Assembly (NCBI GenBank): GCA_041192505.1
Contig: JBEEMV010000185.1
Location: forward strand, 1 to 36,146
DNA length: 36,146 nucleotides
Direction of reading: 5' to 3'
DNA from: Bacteroidota bacterium
GTDB taxonomy: Bacteria; Bacteroidota; Bacteroidia; Chitinophagales; CAIODY01
Of this stretch, positions 9,398 through 19,764 are shown piece after piece (within the stretch, counting starts at the first letter, position 1; every line of letters starts with the position of its first letter). The notes beneath the pieces were generated by a model. That model saw only the letters and a program-made list of their open reading frames with translations. It was not told where the DNA came from and made no database searches. The translations under genes were made by a program, and so were the position numbers.

Positions 9398-9423
9398 GGT
9401 ATAAATTTTCTCGAAGTTAAAAT

Positions 9424-11604
9424 CTAAATATTTATTTTTAAACTTAAGTTTATTATTCTGCCATCAATAGGAGCCCAAAGTGGCTTAAATTGTGGGTTTT
9501 GAATAGTGCCTACATACAAGCTTTCTTTTCTTGATTGACGATAATCTAACAAGTTTTCGGCATTTAAAACTAAGCTACCAAATTTAAATTTCCGTTCAAT
9601 CATAGCTGCAAAAAACCAGTAGTTTTTTGCCTTCGATAAATTAGGTAAATATTGATTGGCATTATAACTAGCTTCAATGCCTGTTCGCCATTTACCTTCA
9701 ATTTCATAAGCCAAAGTGGTTGAAAATTTATCTTGCGGAACAAGCGTTAAAAAAGACGAAACTTGGTTTACTATTTTTTTACCAATAGTATGATTGTAGC
9801 CTACATAACATTCTATATCATCATATTTAAACCGAATATAAGTATCTGTTCCATCGCTTTTAACCAACCCATCTGAATTGAAAAAATGCAAAAAATTATT
9901 GCTTTGCAATTGCACAAACACAGCATCTTTTATTTGCGTATAATACAATGCTTGATTGATGGTGATTAATATTTTTTTGAAATGGGTATGATAATTTATA
10001 TCGGCATTTAGGCCAAATGAATTTTCGGGTTTTATGCCCTGCGTAGGCATAGTAAATTGCAAAAAATAATATTCAGATGTTTGTTTACTAAATAATGCTG
10101 GCGATTTATAACCGCTACCACCGCCTATTCTAACTGATAATTTATTTTTAGGGCGATATAAAATGCTTAACCTTGGTAATACAAAATTGCCGTATCTGTT
10201 ATGATTATCTAATCTTAAACCCAGCTCGGTTGATACTTTTTTGGTGATAGCAAAATCGTGTTGAATAAATGCTGAAAGCGTTGTGTATTGATAATTAAAA
10301 ATAGAATCAAAAGCATTTTTTTGCTTGGTGAAATTTTCGTTATTCATTGAAACGCCATACACCAATTTATGTTTATTGTACTCTATAGCATCGCTTATTT
10401 CAACAAAATTTTGCAATTGATTTCCACTAAAAGTAGTAGCCATTTGAAAGGTTGATTTATCATACAAGCTGCTTATTGCTTTTATATTTAGATGATGATG
10501 ATGAATAAAAAAATTGGATTTTACATCAACTGAAATTCTATTACTTTTATTTTTTTCGATAAAAGAATGAGCAATATTTTCGCCTACATTAATAGCTTCC
10601 ATATCGCCACCTATTCTATTTTCATGAACAAAATGTAATCCAAAAATGATGTTTGATTTTTTAGTAGGATATACAAAAAATTGAGGATGTACAATAGTTT
10701 GACGAAGGTATGGCACATCCGATAAGCCATCTTTATTTACATCAACCGCTTGTTGAAAATTTTGTGCTGCAAAAAAAGTATAGCCCGTTTTCTTATTTCG
10801 TTTTGCTAAAAACAAATTCACATTGCTTTCTTTTAATGATGATTGATTGAGCAATAAAGTGCCTTGCAAACTATCGGTTGGTTGTTTCGAAACTAAATTA
10901 ATTAAACCTGCAATAGCGCCACCACCATACAATGTAGAGGCAGAGCCTTTTATTATTTCGGCTTGTTTTAAATCTAATGGCGGAATAGATAATAAACCAA
11001 AACTACCCGAAAAGCCTTCATACATGGGTAATCCATCTCTTACCATTTGGGTATATTGTCCATCTAAACCTTGCATTCGTACTACCGAACTGCCATTAAC
11101 AACAGATGTTTGCTGAATATGAATAATAGATAAATCGCCTAATAAACTAGCAATATTGCCTGGTTTAATGGTGCTTTCTTCCACCATTTCTTCTTCGCCC
11201 AATACTTCTACTTTGGTTGCAATATCTTCAATTCGTGCATTGGTTCTATTTGCCGAAATATGAACTTCGTTTAATTGATTATTGAGTGGCTGTAATTCGA
11301 TTTTAATGTGTACATCATTTTTCGAATTTGCATTTACAATTTTAATTTGTTTTTCGTAGCCAATAAATGAAATTGTAAATTGATAAATTGAATCGTTTGT
11401 AAGTATAAAAGAAAGCTCTCCATTTTCATTTGTTACGCCACCAGTTGGTACTTTAGTATCTGTGCCATTATGAGCTACCACAATTACACCTTGCAGTGGC
11501 AAAGTAGTAGCAGCATCTTTTATTTTAAATTTAATATTGCTTTGTGCAATAACCGATACAGCAGAAATTAAAAATAGATGGATAGCAAGAATGAAAAATT
11601 TCAT
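9424..11604 (-). CDS. TonB-dependent receptor with N-terminal carboxypeptidase-regulatory-like domain
   Basis: TNENG/ISFIGY domain, LNEVHISA TonB-box region, plug RMQGLDG..EIIKGSASTLYGGGAIAGLINL, C-terminal ENLLD...GRIINLSLKINI. Confidence 0.92.
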   Translation of the reverse strand: MKFFILAIHLFLISAVSVIAQSNIKFKIKDAATTLPLQGVIVVAHNGTDTKVPTGGVTNENGELSFILTNDSIYQFTISFIGYEKQIKIVNANSKNDVHIKIELQPLNNQLNEVHISANRTNARIEDIATKVEVLGEEEMVEESTIKPGNIASLLGDLSIIHIQQTSVVNGSSVVRMQGLDGQYTQMVRDGLPMYEGFSGSFGLLSIPPLDLKQAEIIKGSASTLYGGGAIAGLINLVSKQPTDSLQGTLLLNQSSLKESNVNLFLAKRNKKTGYTFFAAQNFQQAVDVNKDGLSDVPYLRQTIVHPQFFVYPTKKSNIIFGLHFVHENRIGGDMEAINVGENIAHSFIEKNKSNRISVDVKSNFFIHHHHLNIKAISSLYDKSTFQMATTFSGNQLQNFVEISDAIEYNKHKLVYGVSMNNENFTKQKNAFDSIFNYQYTTLSAFIQHDFAITKKVSTELGLRLDNHNRYGNFVLPRLSILYRPKNKLSVRIGGGSGYKSPALFSKQTSEYYFLQFTMPTQGIKPENSFGLNADINYHTHFKKILITINQALYYTQIKDAVFVQLQSNNFLHFFNSDGLVKSDGTDTYIRFKYDDIECYVGYNHTIGKKIVNQVSSFLTLVPQDKFSTTLAYEIEGKWRTGIEASYNANQYLPNLSKAKNYWFFAAMIERKFKFGSLVLNAENLLDYRQSRKESLYVGTIQNPQFKPLWAPIDGRIINLSLKINI

Positions 11605-11646
11605 TTAATTTTTTTTGCAAGATACCAATAATAAAAAAAAGTAATT

Positions 11647-12243
11647 TTATTCCTTCACAAATTTCCCATTCATCACATTGCCGTTTGTATCAGTAGCTTT
11701 AATAAAATAAATACCACTTGGTAATGCTGAAACATCTATAGAGATGCTTCGTTCCTCAGCATGGCTAACTATCGAACTGCCGTCATGGTTAGCTTGTCGA
11801 ACCATTTGTGTTCTACCCAACACATCCGTGATTTGTATTGTATTATCTAATAACTGATAACCAGTAACTAATAACTTCTCTCCACATGGATTCGGATAAA
11901 TACTAAAATGATTATCGGTTGTTAAATTATTTTCAATGCCATTTAGCAATGGATTTTTTATATTGATAGTAAACCCTGCATTTTTAATAATATGCCCTTG
12001 ATAATCTTTACCGATAATGTGGCAGTAAGAACAAACATCGCCAAATTCTGTACTGATTTGCAAACACAAATTATAGGTTGTATCAACAGTATACATATGC
12101 GTTGGTGTGGCTGATGTTGAGGTAGAACCATCACCAAAATTCCATAAATAACTATTAGCCTGTTGTGAAGTAATAGAATCAATGGTTACTATAAATGTAT
12201 TATTTAAGGTATCATAATTAGTATTGAAATGGGCAATACAATT
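11647..12243. repeat. High-identity DNA repeat (copy 1) shared with 16099-16695: PKD and T9SS CTD coding region
   Basis: Colinear at an offset of 4452 bp; for example 11767-11827 is identical to 16219-16279. Confidence 0.9.
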
Positions 12244-15200
12244 TTGGTAATAGTAAAGACAATCTGATGTATCAATGCAATTGCCTTTTGTTACAATTAC
12301 TGCATAAATACCTGTAGTTGATGGAACGAAATTTTTGTTTGTAGCATTCGGAATTGGGGCATTCAAATTTATACAATCAATCCATTGATAGTTTGCTAAA
12401 GAACTTGTTTCATCAGATTCTAATGCTATTCCATTTTGAGTAATTCCATTATCAATACTATCTACATTTAAATATAGAATATTCAAAGAATCGCAACCAA
12501 ATTTAGATATAAATGAGTCGATATAAATACCACCCAAACTTAAATTCATATTCTTAAAGTAATAGCTTGAGCCTTTACAAATAGAAACATGTTGTGTATT
12601 GAAATAGGAGTTATTTACACTTAAGTTTAAGATTAAAATAGTATCACATGAATGAGGAGTTAGTATCGTATCATAGTACAATCCACTTGTAAATAAATTT
12701 TTGCCATTAAACTGGTAGAAAGAACCATTGCATATTGAAGCATTCATCAACTTTGTATTATAATTAAAATTCAAATTTAATTGTTCAATTGTATCACATC
12801 CTAAAGTGGTTTGAATGGTATCATAGTAGGTGCCATTTGTTGTTAGCATTTTACTATTAAAATTATAATTAATACCATGGCATGAATTGGCATTTATAAA
12901 TTTTATAGGAATGTTTTTTTTGTATACATTTAAAAAAATAATTGTATCGCAACTTGAAACACTATTTAAGGTATCAACATAAATTCCTGCAACTTTTATT
13001 GGTTTATTGTTGAATATTAAATTGTGAGAACTACAGATAGTATCATATTTATACAAATAGATGTATTGATCAACACTAAGCGCCAATTGGATAATTGTAT
13101 CACATGTATTAATACCATTTATCGTATCATAATAATAACCAGTTGTTGTTAAAATTTTACCACCAAAGTTGTATGATAATCCTTGACATATTGAGATATT
13201 CAAATTCTTACTTTCATAATACATATTTAAATTTATTGTTAAAATAGTATCACATCCATTTAATGCAATTATAGTATCAGTATAATTGCCAGGATTGCGG
13301 TATGTTTTATTATTGTAAATAAAAGATTGTCCATGACAAATGTTTTTTTGAATATTATCATAATTATATAATACATTTAAATTCAAGTATAAAATTGTAT
13401 CACAATTATTTGCAGATGAAATAGTGTGGCTGTAGGTTCCAGCATTTTTTAAATAAGTATTGTAAAATAAAAATGAATCTTTTGGACAAATAGTTTCAAA
13501 TTTGTTGATGTTAAAATTGAAATGTCTTAGTTTTAAATAAGTGATAGTGTCGCATCCAGAAGCATGCATTGTGGTATCATAAAAATCTCCACCGTTTAAA
13601 TATGTTTTACCATGGAAAATAAATGGAAAGCCACAAATATTTTTTATTAATGTATCATGATAAATAGTACTAATTTTAATAGGATGATTTATTGTAGAAA
13701 TGCAATTGTTTGATGAAATTGAAACTGTGTAAATTGTATTCACTGTTTGTGAAATTGAAACTGTATCATTATTCGAATTAAAACCAATTGGATTCGAACT
13801 CCAACTAATTGAATAATTTGAAGAGTTTATAGTTGAATTACATCCTTTAATAATTAAATCTGGTCTATTTAAAATGGTAGAGATATAACCATTTTTTGGA
13901 TAGCTATTATTAGAGGCATCTAGCAAGTTATTATCAGATTGCGAAAAATTGCAATACCCTTGACTTGGCATTGTAGTTTGTGCTACAAAATCCGAATTTG
14001 AAAAATTTATTGTTCCGTTATCGTAACAAATTTCAACCAATAAATTAGATAAGCCATCCCACTGAAATGCTTGATTTAGCATAAATGTATTATATCCAAT
14101 TGTAGAATTATAAGCTGCATTTGAATATACAATTGTTTTAGTACTTGTGGTATCAAATTTACCAAATGGTAAAGTGTTATAAAAAACAGCAGCTAACTTA
14201 ATGGTATAATTTTGATACGGTTTTATAGATGATTTATTAATTACACTCCAAGTTAGTTCAGAAATTATTCCACCATAAAACCCAGCTTGATTTAATTCGG
14301 CTTTTGTATAAATTAATTGAGTTCTTGATTCTGTATAAAGCCCATTAAAAATTGTTGGCGAATATCCTGCTGAAGTTTGAATATTGTTTCCTATCGCCAA
14401 AAAAGTGGATTGACTTGTGCAGTTATTTACTGTAGGTCCGCTATTTAAAGGTCGTGATAAGAGAATTAAGTTTGTGGAATTATTTGAACAAACAGAATCT
14501 ACTCCAACAAGCGTAATATTGGGAGCCATGCCTTTTACATAGATATTCTTGGAACCGAATGTAGGACAAAGTGTATCAAACATTGGAGGAGATGTAATTA
14601 GATTAACAATATGGTTTCCACCTTTAATAAATTTAACAATTATTGGATTGGAAGAAGTTAAACTGCCTGAAACCAAAATGGTTGATGAATCTATTTCCCA
14701 ATTATAACTTAGGGTTGAATTAATTGTGTTAAGATAAAATGTAACAGTATCAGACAATCCACATACTGAATCTTTTGATGCATAAATGGTAGTTGATTGT
14801 GCTTGATTCCGATTAATACTAATCAATTGCATCGTGGTATCATAAAGACAATTATTATAATTTGCAATTAGCTTTATCGTATATGTTCCAAGGGTACTAT
14901 AGTAATGTGTAGGGTTTTTAATGGTGTCAGTATTTGGATTATTTAAAGTTGAATTTGGATCACCAAAATCCCAAAACCAATGATTTATGTTTGCCCCTGG
15001 TAAATTTGAAAATGAATTATCTGAAAAATGAACTTTTGAATTTGTGCAATAAGTAGTAGGAGAAAAACAACCACTTTGAACTTGAGCATTTGATTGATAA
15101 GATGTTGTTAAAGTGTCGTTACATCCCCAATTATTTAATGGTTGAGTGATACAATTCACCTGTAAATTTCCACTAGGTGTGTTCGGAATTGTTAGGTTTT

Positions 15201-16038
15201 GGGAATTGCCAAGTATGTTTACATAGCCCGAATCATACCAATTATAAGAATAGAATCCTACCGGTGCTGAAAATATAGTTGGTCCATTTATTTGAGAGCA
15301 ATTGTAACTTTGTATTAATGTTCCGTTACAATTATTTGGAAAATCTAAATAGGCATATCCAAAGTGGCCACCATAAGCACAATCCCCTGATTCAAAATTT
15401 AAGTAAATTGTTTTACCTGCAAACCCTTTAATATTAATTTTTGAAGCCAGCCATGATGTACACATGGTTGATGAATTTCCAAAGAATGTACCTAATAGGA
15501 ATTGGGTAGAATTTATAGCTGATATTGAAAAATTTGAGCAAGAGGGAATAATACTATTTGTTATTGAATCTATTATTTTTACCCGAAAACTAGATTGTCC
15601 ATCTACAGTATGTGACCCATCTTGTAATACTAATGCGTAGTAAAAAATTAAATCATAATCATTGTTGTTGGCAGGAATTGTTAATTTGTATTTTAATTGA
15701 GCAGCAACCATAGATATGTTGTCATCACCTAATCTGATTGAACTTAGATTGTTCGGTATTAAAGGGCACACCATTGGTATTCCACTATATGGATCCAATC
15801 CTCCACTAACTAAATAGTGTTGTATGGGGGATATTCCTGTAGGAATTAATGGGAAATTTAATATAGTTGGATTACTCTGTACTGTTCCTTGAGAAACATT
15901 TCCTACATTACATTCCCAATTCGCTAAATTGCCGTTTTCAAATCCAATATTGGGTGGGCAATAGGTTTGCGCTTTTGCAGTAGTTAAAAATAATGGCAAT
16001 AAAGTGCATAGTAAAAATGATAAGGTTAGTTTTTTCAT
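11647..16038 (-). CDS. Large T9SS-secreted PKD-domain protein with 8 Cys-containing ~50-aa repeats (probable adhesin)
   Basis: Signal peptide; DC..GGHFGYAYLD N-terminal domain; PKD motifs WDFGDP and WNFGDG; 8 IC.G...YDT....GCDT repeats; CTD IYPNP...SGIYFIK...KFVKE. Confidence 0.88.
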   Translation of the reverse strand: MKKLTLSFLLCTLLPLFLTTAKAQTYCPPNIGFENGNLANWECNVGNVSQGTVQSNPTILNFPLIPTGISPIQHYLVSGGLDPYSGIPMVCPLIPNNLSSIRLGDDNISMVAAQLKYKLTIPANNNDYDLIFYYALVLQDGSHTVDGQSSFRVKIIDSITNSIIPSCSNFSISAINSTQFLLGTFFGNSSTMCTSWLASKINIKGFAGKTIYLNFESGDCAYGGHFGYAYLDFPNNCNGTLIQSYNCSQINGPTIFSAPVGFYSYNWYDSGYVNILGNSQNLTIPNTPSGNLQVNCITQPLNNWGCNDTLTTSYQSNAQVQSGCFSPTTYCTNSKVHFSDNSFSNLPGANINHWFWDFGDPNSTLNNPNTDTIKNPTHYYSTLGTYTIKLIANYNNCLYDTTMQLISINRNQAQSTTIYASKDSVCGLSDTVTFYLNTINSTLSYNWEIDSSTILVSGSLTSSNPIIVKFIKGGNHIVNLITSPPMFDTLCPTFGSKNIYVKGMAPNITLVGVDSVCSNNSTNLILLSRPLNSGPTVNNCTSQSTFLAIGNNIQTSAGYSPTIFNGLYTESRTQLIYTKAELNQAGFYGGIISELTWSVINKSSIKPYQNYTIKLAAVFYNTLPFGKFDTTSTKTIVYSNAAYNSTIGYNTFMLNQAFQWDGLSNLLVEICYDNGTINFSNSDFVAQTTMPSQGYCNFSQSDNNLLDASNNSYPKNGYISTILNRPDLIIKGCNSTINSSNYSISWSSNPIGFNSNNDTVSISQTVNTIYTVSISSNNCISTINHPIKISTIYHDTLIKNICGFPFIFHGKTYLNGGDFYDTTMHASGCDTITYLKLRHFNFNINKFETICPKDSFLFYNTYLKNAGTYSHTISSANNCDTILYLNLNVLYNYDNIQKNICHGQSFIYNNKTYRNPGNYTDTIIALNGCDTILTINLNMYYESKNLNISICQGLSYNFGGKILTTTGYYYDTINGINTCDTIIQLALSVDQYIYLYKYDTICSSHNLIFNNKPIKVAGIYVDTLNSVSSCDTIIFLNVYKKNIPIKFINANSCHGINYNFNSKMLTTNGTYYDTIQTTLGCDTIEQLNLNFNYNTKLMNASICNGSFYQFNGKNLFTSGLYYDTILTPHSCDTILILNLSVNNSYFNTQHVSICKGSSYYFKNMNLSLGGIYIDSFISKFGCDSLNILYLNVDSIDNGITQNGIALESDETSSLANYQWIDCINLNAPIPNATNKNFVPSTTGIYAVIVTKGNCIDTSDCLYYYQNCIAHFNTNYDTLNNTFIVTIDSITSQQANSYLWNFGDGSTSTSATPTHMYTVDTTYNLCLQISTEFGDVCSYCHIIGKDYQGHIIKNAGFTINIKNPLLNGIENNLTTDNHFSIYPNPCGEKLLVTGYQLLDNTIQITDVLGRTQMVRQANHDGSSIVSHAEERSISIDVSALPSGIYFIKATDTNGNVMNGKFVKE
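11741..11805. repeat. In-frame REP-doublet-like palindromic insert, copy 1
   Basis: CGTCATGGTTAGCTTGTCGAACCAT (11781-11805) is 24/25 identical to the GIY-YIG-flanking repeat. It faces a related arm GAGATGCTTCGTTCCTCAGCATGGC (11741-11765). Confidence 0.85.
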
Positions 16039-16098
16039 TTTAGGTTAAATTTAGATTTCAAAAAATCAATTGATGGATTATTTTAAAAAAATACACAT

Positions 16099-16695
16099 CT
16101 ATTCCTTCACAAATTTCCCATTCATCACATTCCCATTTACATCAGTAGCTTTTATAAAATAAATACCACTTGGTAATGCCGAAACATCAATAGAGATGCT
16201 TCCTTCCTCAGCATGACCAACTATCGAACTGCCGTCATGGTTAGCTTGTCGAACCATTTGTGTTCTACCCAACACATCCATAATTTGTATTGTATTATCT
16301 AATAACTGATAACCAGTAACTAATAACTTCTCTCCACATGGATTAGGATAAATACTAAAATGATTATCATCCATTAAACTATTGCCTATACCATTTAGTA
16401 ATGGATTTTTAATATTTATAGTAAAGCCTGCATTTTTAATAATATGCCCTTGATAATCTTTACCGATAATATGGCAATAGTTACAAGTATCGCCAATAGC
16501 AGTAACTATTTGTAGGCAAACATTATACGTTGTATCAACAGTATACACATGTGTTGGTGTGGCTGATGTTGAAGTAGAACCATCACCAAAATTCCATAAA
16601 TAGCTTGTGGCTTGTTGGGCTGTAATGGTATCAAGGGTTACTATAAATGTATTATTTAAAGTGTCGTAATTAACAGAGTAATTAGCTATGCAATT
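16099..16695. repeat. High-identity DNA repeat (copy 2)
   Basis: Colinear with 11647-12243. Confidence 0.9.
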
Positions 16696-19600
16696 TGTAT
16701 TAAAAACAAAACAAGCAGATGTATCAGAACACATTCCATCTGAAATTATAACGGCATACGAACCAGAATTGAATGGCGTAAAAAAGTTTTGATTAAATTG
16801 GGTTAGAATATTTGATGGAGTATTACAATCTATCCATTCATAATAAAAAATATTAGGCGATGTATTAACAGCATATAATGTATTGCCATTTTTTATAACA
16901 GTAGTTGGCGCAAAATACGGTGTAAGTATTAAAGTATCAATGGTTGTACAACTTCCAGTATGAATTGTATCAATATAAATACCTGGACTATTGTATACTT
17001 TATTTGAATAATAATATGGAGTTCCGTTACAAATTAAACCATTATGTGTTGAGGTAGTTGGTAAATAAATATAACTAAGTGATGCAATTGTATCACAGCC
17101 ATTGGTTGTAGATGGAATTGTATCGAAATAATAACCTGTTGTTGATATCCAATTGCCATAGAAAAAATATGGAGCACAATCAGTTACAGTTATATATTTT
17201 GAAAAATTAGTAAATAATAAATTTAAAATTAACATTGTATCACAACCAACACTTGTATGAATGGTATCATAATAAACCCCAGTTGCAGTATAAGTTTTAC
17301 CATTGAAGGTATAAACTGAACCCATACATAATGATTGATTTATTTGTACATTAAAAAGTGATGCAATTTTTACAACATGGTTTTTACTAAACATACATCC
17401 ATTATCATTAGCAGTAACTGTATAGGTAGTATTTGCTGATGGACTAACAACAATATTTTGATTTGTTGATGAAAATCCTGATGGATTTGATGACCAATTA
17501 AAAGTAGTATTAGTTGGAAATACATTCAAGTTACAACTTTTAAAAGTTATATCAGGTCTATCATTAGCATTAAAAGTAAATGTAGCAGGGTAAATAACAT
17601 TACCATCGTATAATACATCGCAGCCGTCTAAAGGGTCATTATCCGAAAAAGCATAAACACATTTAATATTCCCAACCCCCAAGTTTGATTTTTTAACATT
17701 ATCAGCTTGTGTGTAATTAGTTGTTCCGTTGTCAAAACAAACCTCTACTAACAAATTTGAAGTACCATCCCAAGAATAATTGGCAATATTGAATGGAAAA
17801 CTATTTACACCAACAATAGTACTATATGCATTATTTGAATAAACTATAGTTTTAGAAATTGAAGTATCAAATGTGGCTGGTAAATTAAAATCAGAATAAG
17901 AAATACAAGCCAATTTAATATTAAAATTTTGAAATGGAGCAGTGCTTCCTTTTGAAGTAATGTCAAATGCAATTTCCGAAATTTGACCGCCATAAAATCC
18001 AGCAGCATTTAATTCGGCAGCAGTATAAATCATCTGCATTTTTTGCTCGGTATAAAATCCATAAAATGGTGTAGGCAAACCAGCAGTTGTTGAACTATTT
18101 GTACCAATTGTTGAAATATTGGTTGAAGAATTACAGGGAACTATTGCAGCGCCACAATTATTAGCCGTATTATTAACAGAAAGCGTTGTTGTATTATTGG
18201 GGCAGATAGAATCAACGCCCATAATAGATATAAATGGAATAATTGCTTTCACATAAACCTGCGTTATAGCAGTAGTAGTGCAATTTGTATCTGTAGGTGG
18301 TGGTGTGGCAACAAACTGAATAGTATGATTGCCTGTTGTTTTATATTTTAATACAATAGGTTGATGAGCATTTAAATTGCCCGATACTACTATTGCATTT
18401 GGGTCTATTATCCATTGATAAGTATAGCCTACAATTGCTGAGCTTATAGGATATATAGTAGTGGTATCGCCTAATCCACAAATAGAATCTTTTGTAAATT
18501 TAATGATAGAAATAGGGGCAACTCTATTAATATTAATGGTTTGGCAAATGGTATCGGCTAAGCAATTAATATTGGAATGAGCAATTAAACAAACTGTATA
18601 ATTTCCCATTGCCGAATAAATATGAGTTGGATTTTCTGTGCTATCTGTATTCGGGTTATTTGATGTAGCATTAATATCACCAAAATTCCAAGCCCATTCA
18701 TTAATATATGCGCCTGTAATTGTTGTAAATGAGTTATCAATAAAATGAGTAGCGCTATTTACACAATAAGATGTTGGATAATTAAAATTGGCTACTGCCA
18801 CTGGATTTGGATTGTATTTAATAGCAACCGTATCCATGCATCCCCAATTATTTAATGGCGTAAGTACACAATAATGTAATGAAGTATCAATGGGCGAAGT
18901 GGGAATAAAAAATGTATCACTAGTACTCAATAAATTAGTAAAGCTAGAATCGTACCATTGATAAGCACTATAGCCACCAGGAGCAATTAATTGTGGTAAA
19001 TTAGCTGAGGAACAAGTTGAACCTTGAGTAAATGAATTACCATTACAATTATTTGGTAAATCAACATAAGCATACCCAAAATGACCAGCATAAGCACAAT
19101 CGAAAGCATCAAATTGTAGATAAATAGTTTTCCCTGCTAAGCCCGAAAAATCAAGTGTTGAGGCAGTCCAACCTTTATAATAAATGGAATCCCAAGAAGG
19201 CGAAATAGGTGAAACTAAAAATCCATTTAACATGCCGCTTACAGGTTGAACTATATAAAAATTAGAACATAGATTAACGGGTAAGTTAGTAGCAGAATCA
19301 ATAATAGTAACACTAAAGCCAGGCTGTGCTTCAAAAGGGTGTCTTGGTTGTTGAAATACTAAAGCGTAATAAAATGTTAGCGAAAAATTATTATTGTTTG
19401 TAGGCACATTTATTTTATAATTCATTCGAGCACAAATTGCACCTATTTGCTCATCACCTAATCTAACTGAAAAATGATTGCCATTTATGTAATTACAAAC
19501 TGTAGGAAATTGTCCGAAAGTGTCTAAACCACTTGTTTTAAGAACGTGTTGAGTTATACTTGGTCCTGTTGGATTGATAGGATAGGTAAGTGTAGCAGCA

Positions 19601-19764
19601 TTACCAGTTGTGCCTGATGTTACAGCGCCTACATTGCAAATCCAATTTGTAAAACCACCATTTTCGAAATTAATATTTGGTGGGCAATAGGTTTGCGCTT
19701 TTGTAGTAGTAAAAAATGATAGCCATAAAGTACATAGTAAAAATGATAAGGTTAGTTTTTTCAT
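16099..19764 (-). CDS. Large T9SS-secreted PKD-domain protein with 3 Cys-containing repeats, paralogue of 11647-16038
   Basis: Same architecture; near-identical signal peptide and C-terminal ~200 aa. Confidence 0.88.
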   Translation of the reverse strand: MKKLTLSFLLCTLWLSFFTTTKAQTYCPPNINFENGGFTNWICNVGAVTSGTTGNAATLTYPINPTGPSITQHVLKTSGLDTFGQFPTVCNYINGNHFSVRLGDEQIGAICARMNYKINVPTNNNNFSLTFYYALVFQQPRHPFEAQPGFSVTIIDSATNLPVNLCSNFYIVQPVSGMLNGFLVSPISPSWDSIYYKGWTASTLDFSGLAGKTIYLQFDAFDCAYAGHFGYAYVDLPNNCNGNSFTQGSTCSSANLPQLIAPGGYSAYQWYDSSFTNLLSTSDTFFIPTSPIDTSLHYCVLTPLNNWGCMDTVAIKYNPNPVAVANFNYPTSYCVNSATHFIDNSFTTITGAYINEWAWNFGDINATSNNPNTDSTENPTHIYSAMGNYTVCLIAHSNINCLADTICQTININRVAPISIIKFTKDSICGLGDTTTIYPISSAIVGYTYQWIIDPNAIVVSGNLNAHQPIVLKYKTTGNHTIQFVATPPPTDTNCTTTAITQVYVKAIIPFISIMGVDSICPNNTTTLSVNNTANNCGAAIVPCNSSTNISTIGTNSSTTAGLPTPFYGFYTEQKMQMIYTAAELNAAGFYGGQISEIAFDITSKGSTAPFQNFNIKLACISYSDFNLPATFDTSISKTIVYSNNAYSTIVGVNSFPFNIANYSWDGTSNLLVEVCFDNGTTNYTQADNVKKSNLGVGNIKCVYAFSDNDPLDGCDVLYDGNVIYPATFTFNANDRPDITFKSCNLNVFPTNTTFNWSSNPSGFSSTNQNIVVSPSANTTYTVTANDNGCMFSKNHVVKIASLFNVQINQSLCMGSVYTFNGKTYTATGVYYDTIHTSVGCDTMLILNLLFTNFSKYITVTDCAPYFFYGNWISTTGYYFDTIPSTTNGCDTIASLSYIYLPTTSTHNGLICNGTPYYYSNKVYNSPGIYIDTIHTGSCTTIDTLILTPYFAPTTVIKNGNTLYAVNTSPNIFYYEWIDCNTPSNILTQFNQNFFTPFNSGSYAVIISDGMCSDTSACFVFNTNCIANYSVNYDTLNNTFIVTLDTITAQQATSYLWNFGDGSTSTSATPTHVYTVDTTYNVCLQIVTAIGDTCNYCHIIGKDYQGHIIKNAGFTINIKNPLLNGIGNSLMDDNHFSIYPNPCGEKLLVTGYQLLDNTIQIMDVLGRTQMVRQANHDGSSIVGHAEEGSISIDVSALPSGIYFIKATDVNGNVMNGKFVKE
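16193..16257. repeat. In-frame REP-doublet-like palindromic insert, copy 2
   Basis: GAGATGCTTCCTTCCTCAGCATGAC (16193-16217), a 15-bp spacer, then CGTCATGGTTAGCTTGTCGAACCAT (16233-16257); the CATGAC/GTCATG ends are complementary. Confidence 0.85.

Noticed and set aside
8668-9419. Shared motif TCGAAGTTAAAAT upstream of two minus-strand genes (8668 and 9412) as a novel operator
   Set aside because: On the minus strand it reads TAACTTCG, most simply a variant of the housekeeping -7 promoter element.
11647-16695. Diversity-generating retroelement (TR/VR pair) explanation for the near-identical C-terminal repeats
   Set aside because: The differences I inspected are not adenine-specific and are largely synonymous. 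Both copies are in intact genes, and there is no reverse transcriptase in the window.
7967-19764. Genomic island integrated at tRNA-Phe
   Set aside because: No integrase, and I found no duplicated tRNA 3' end (att site) in the window.
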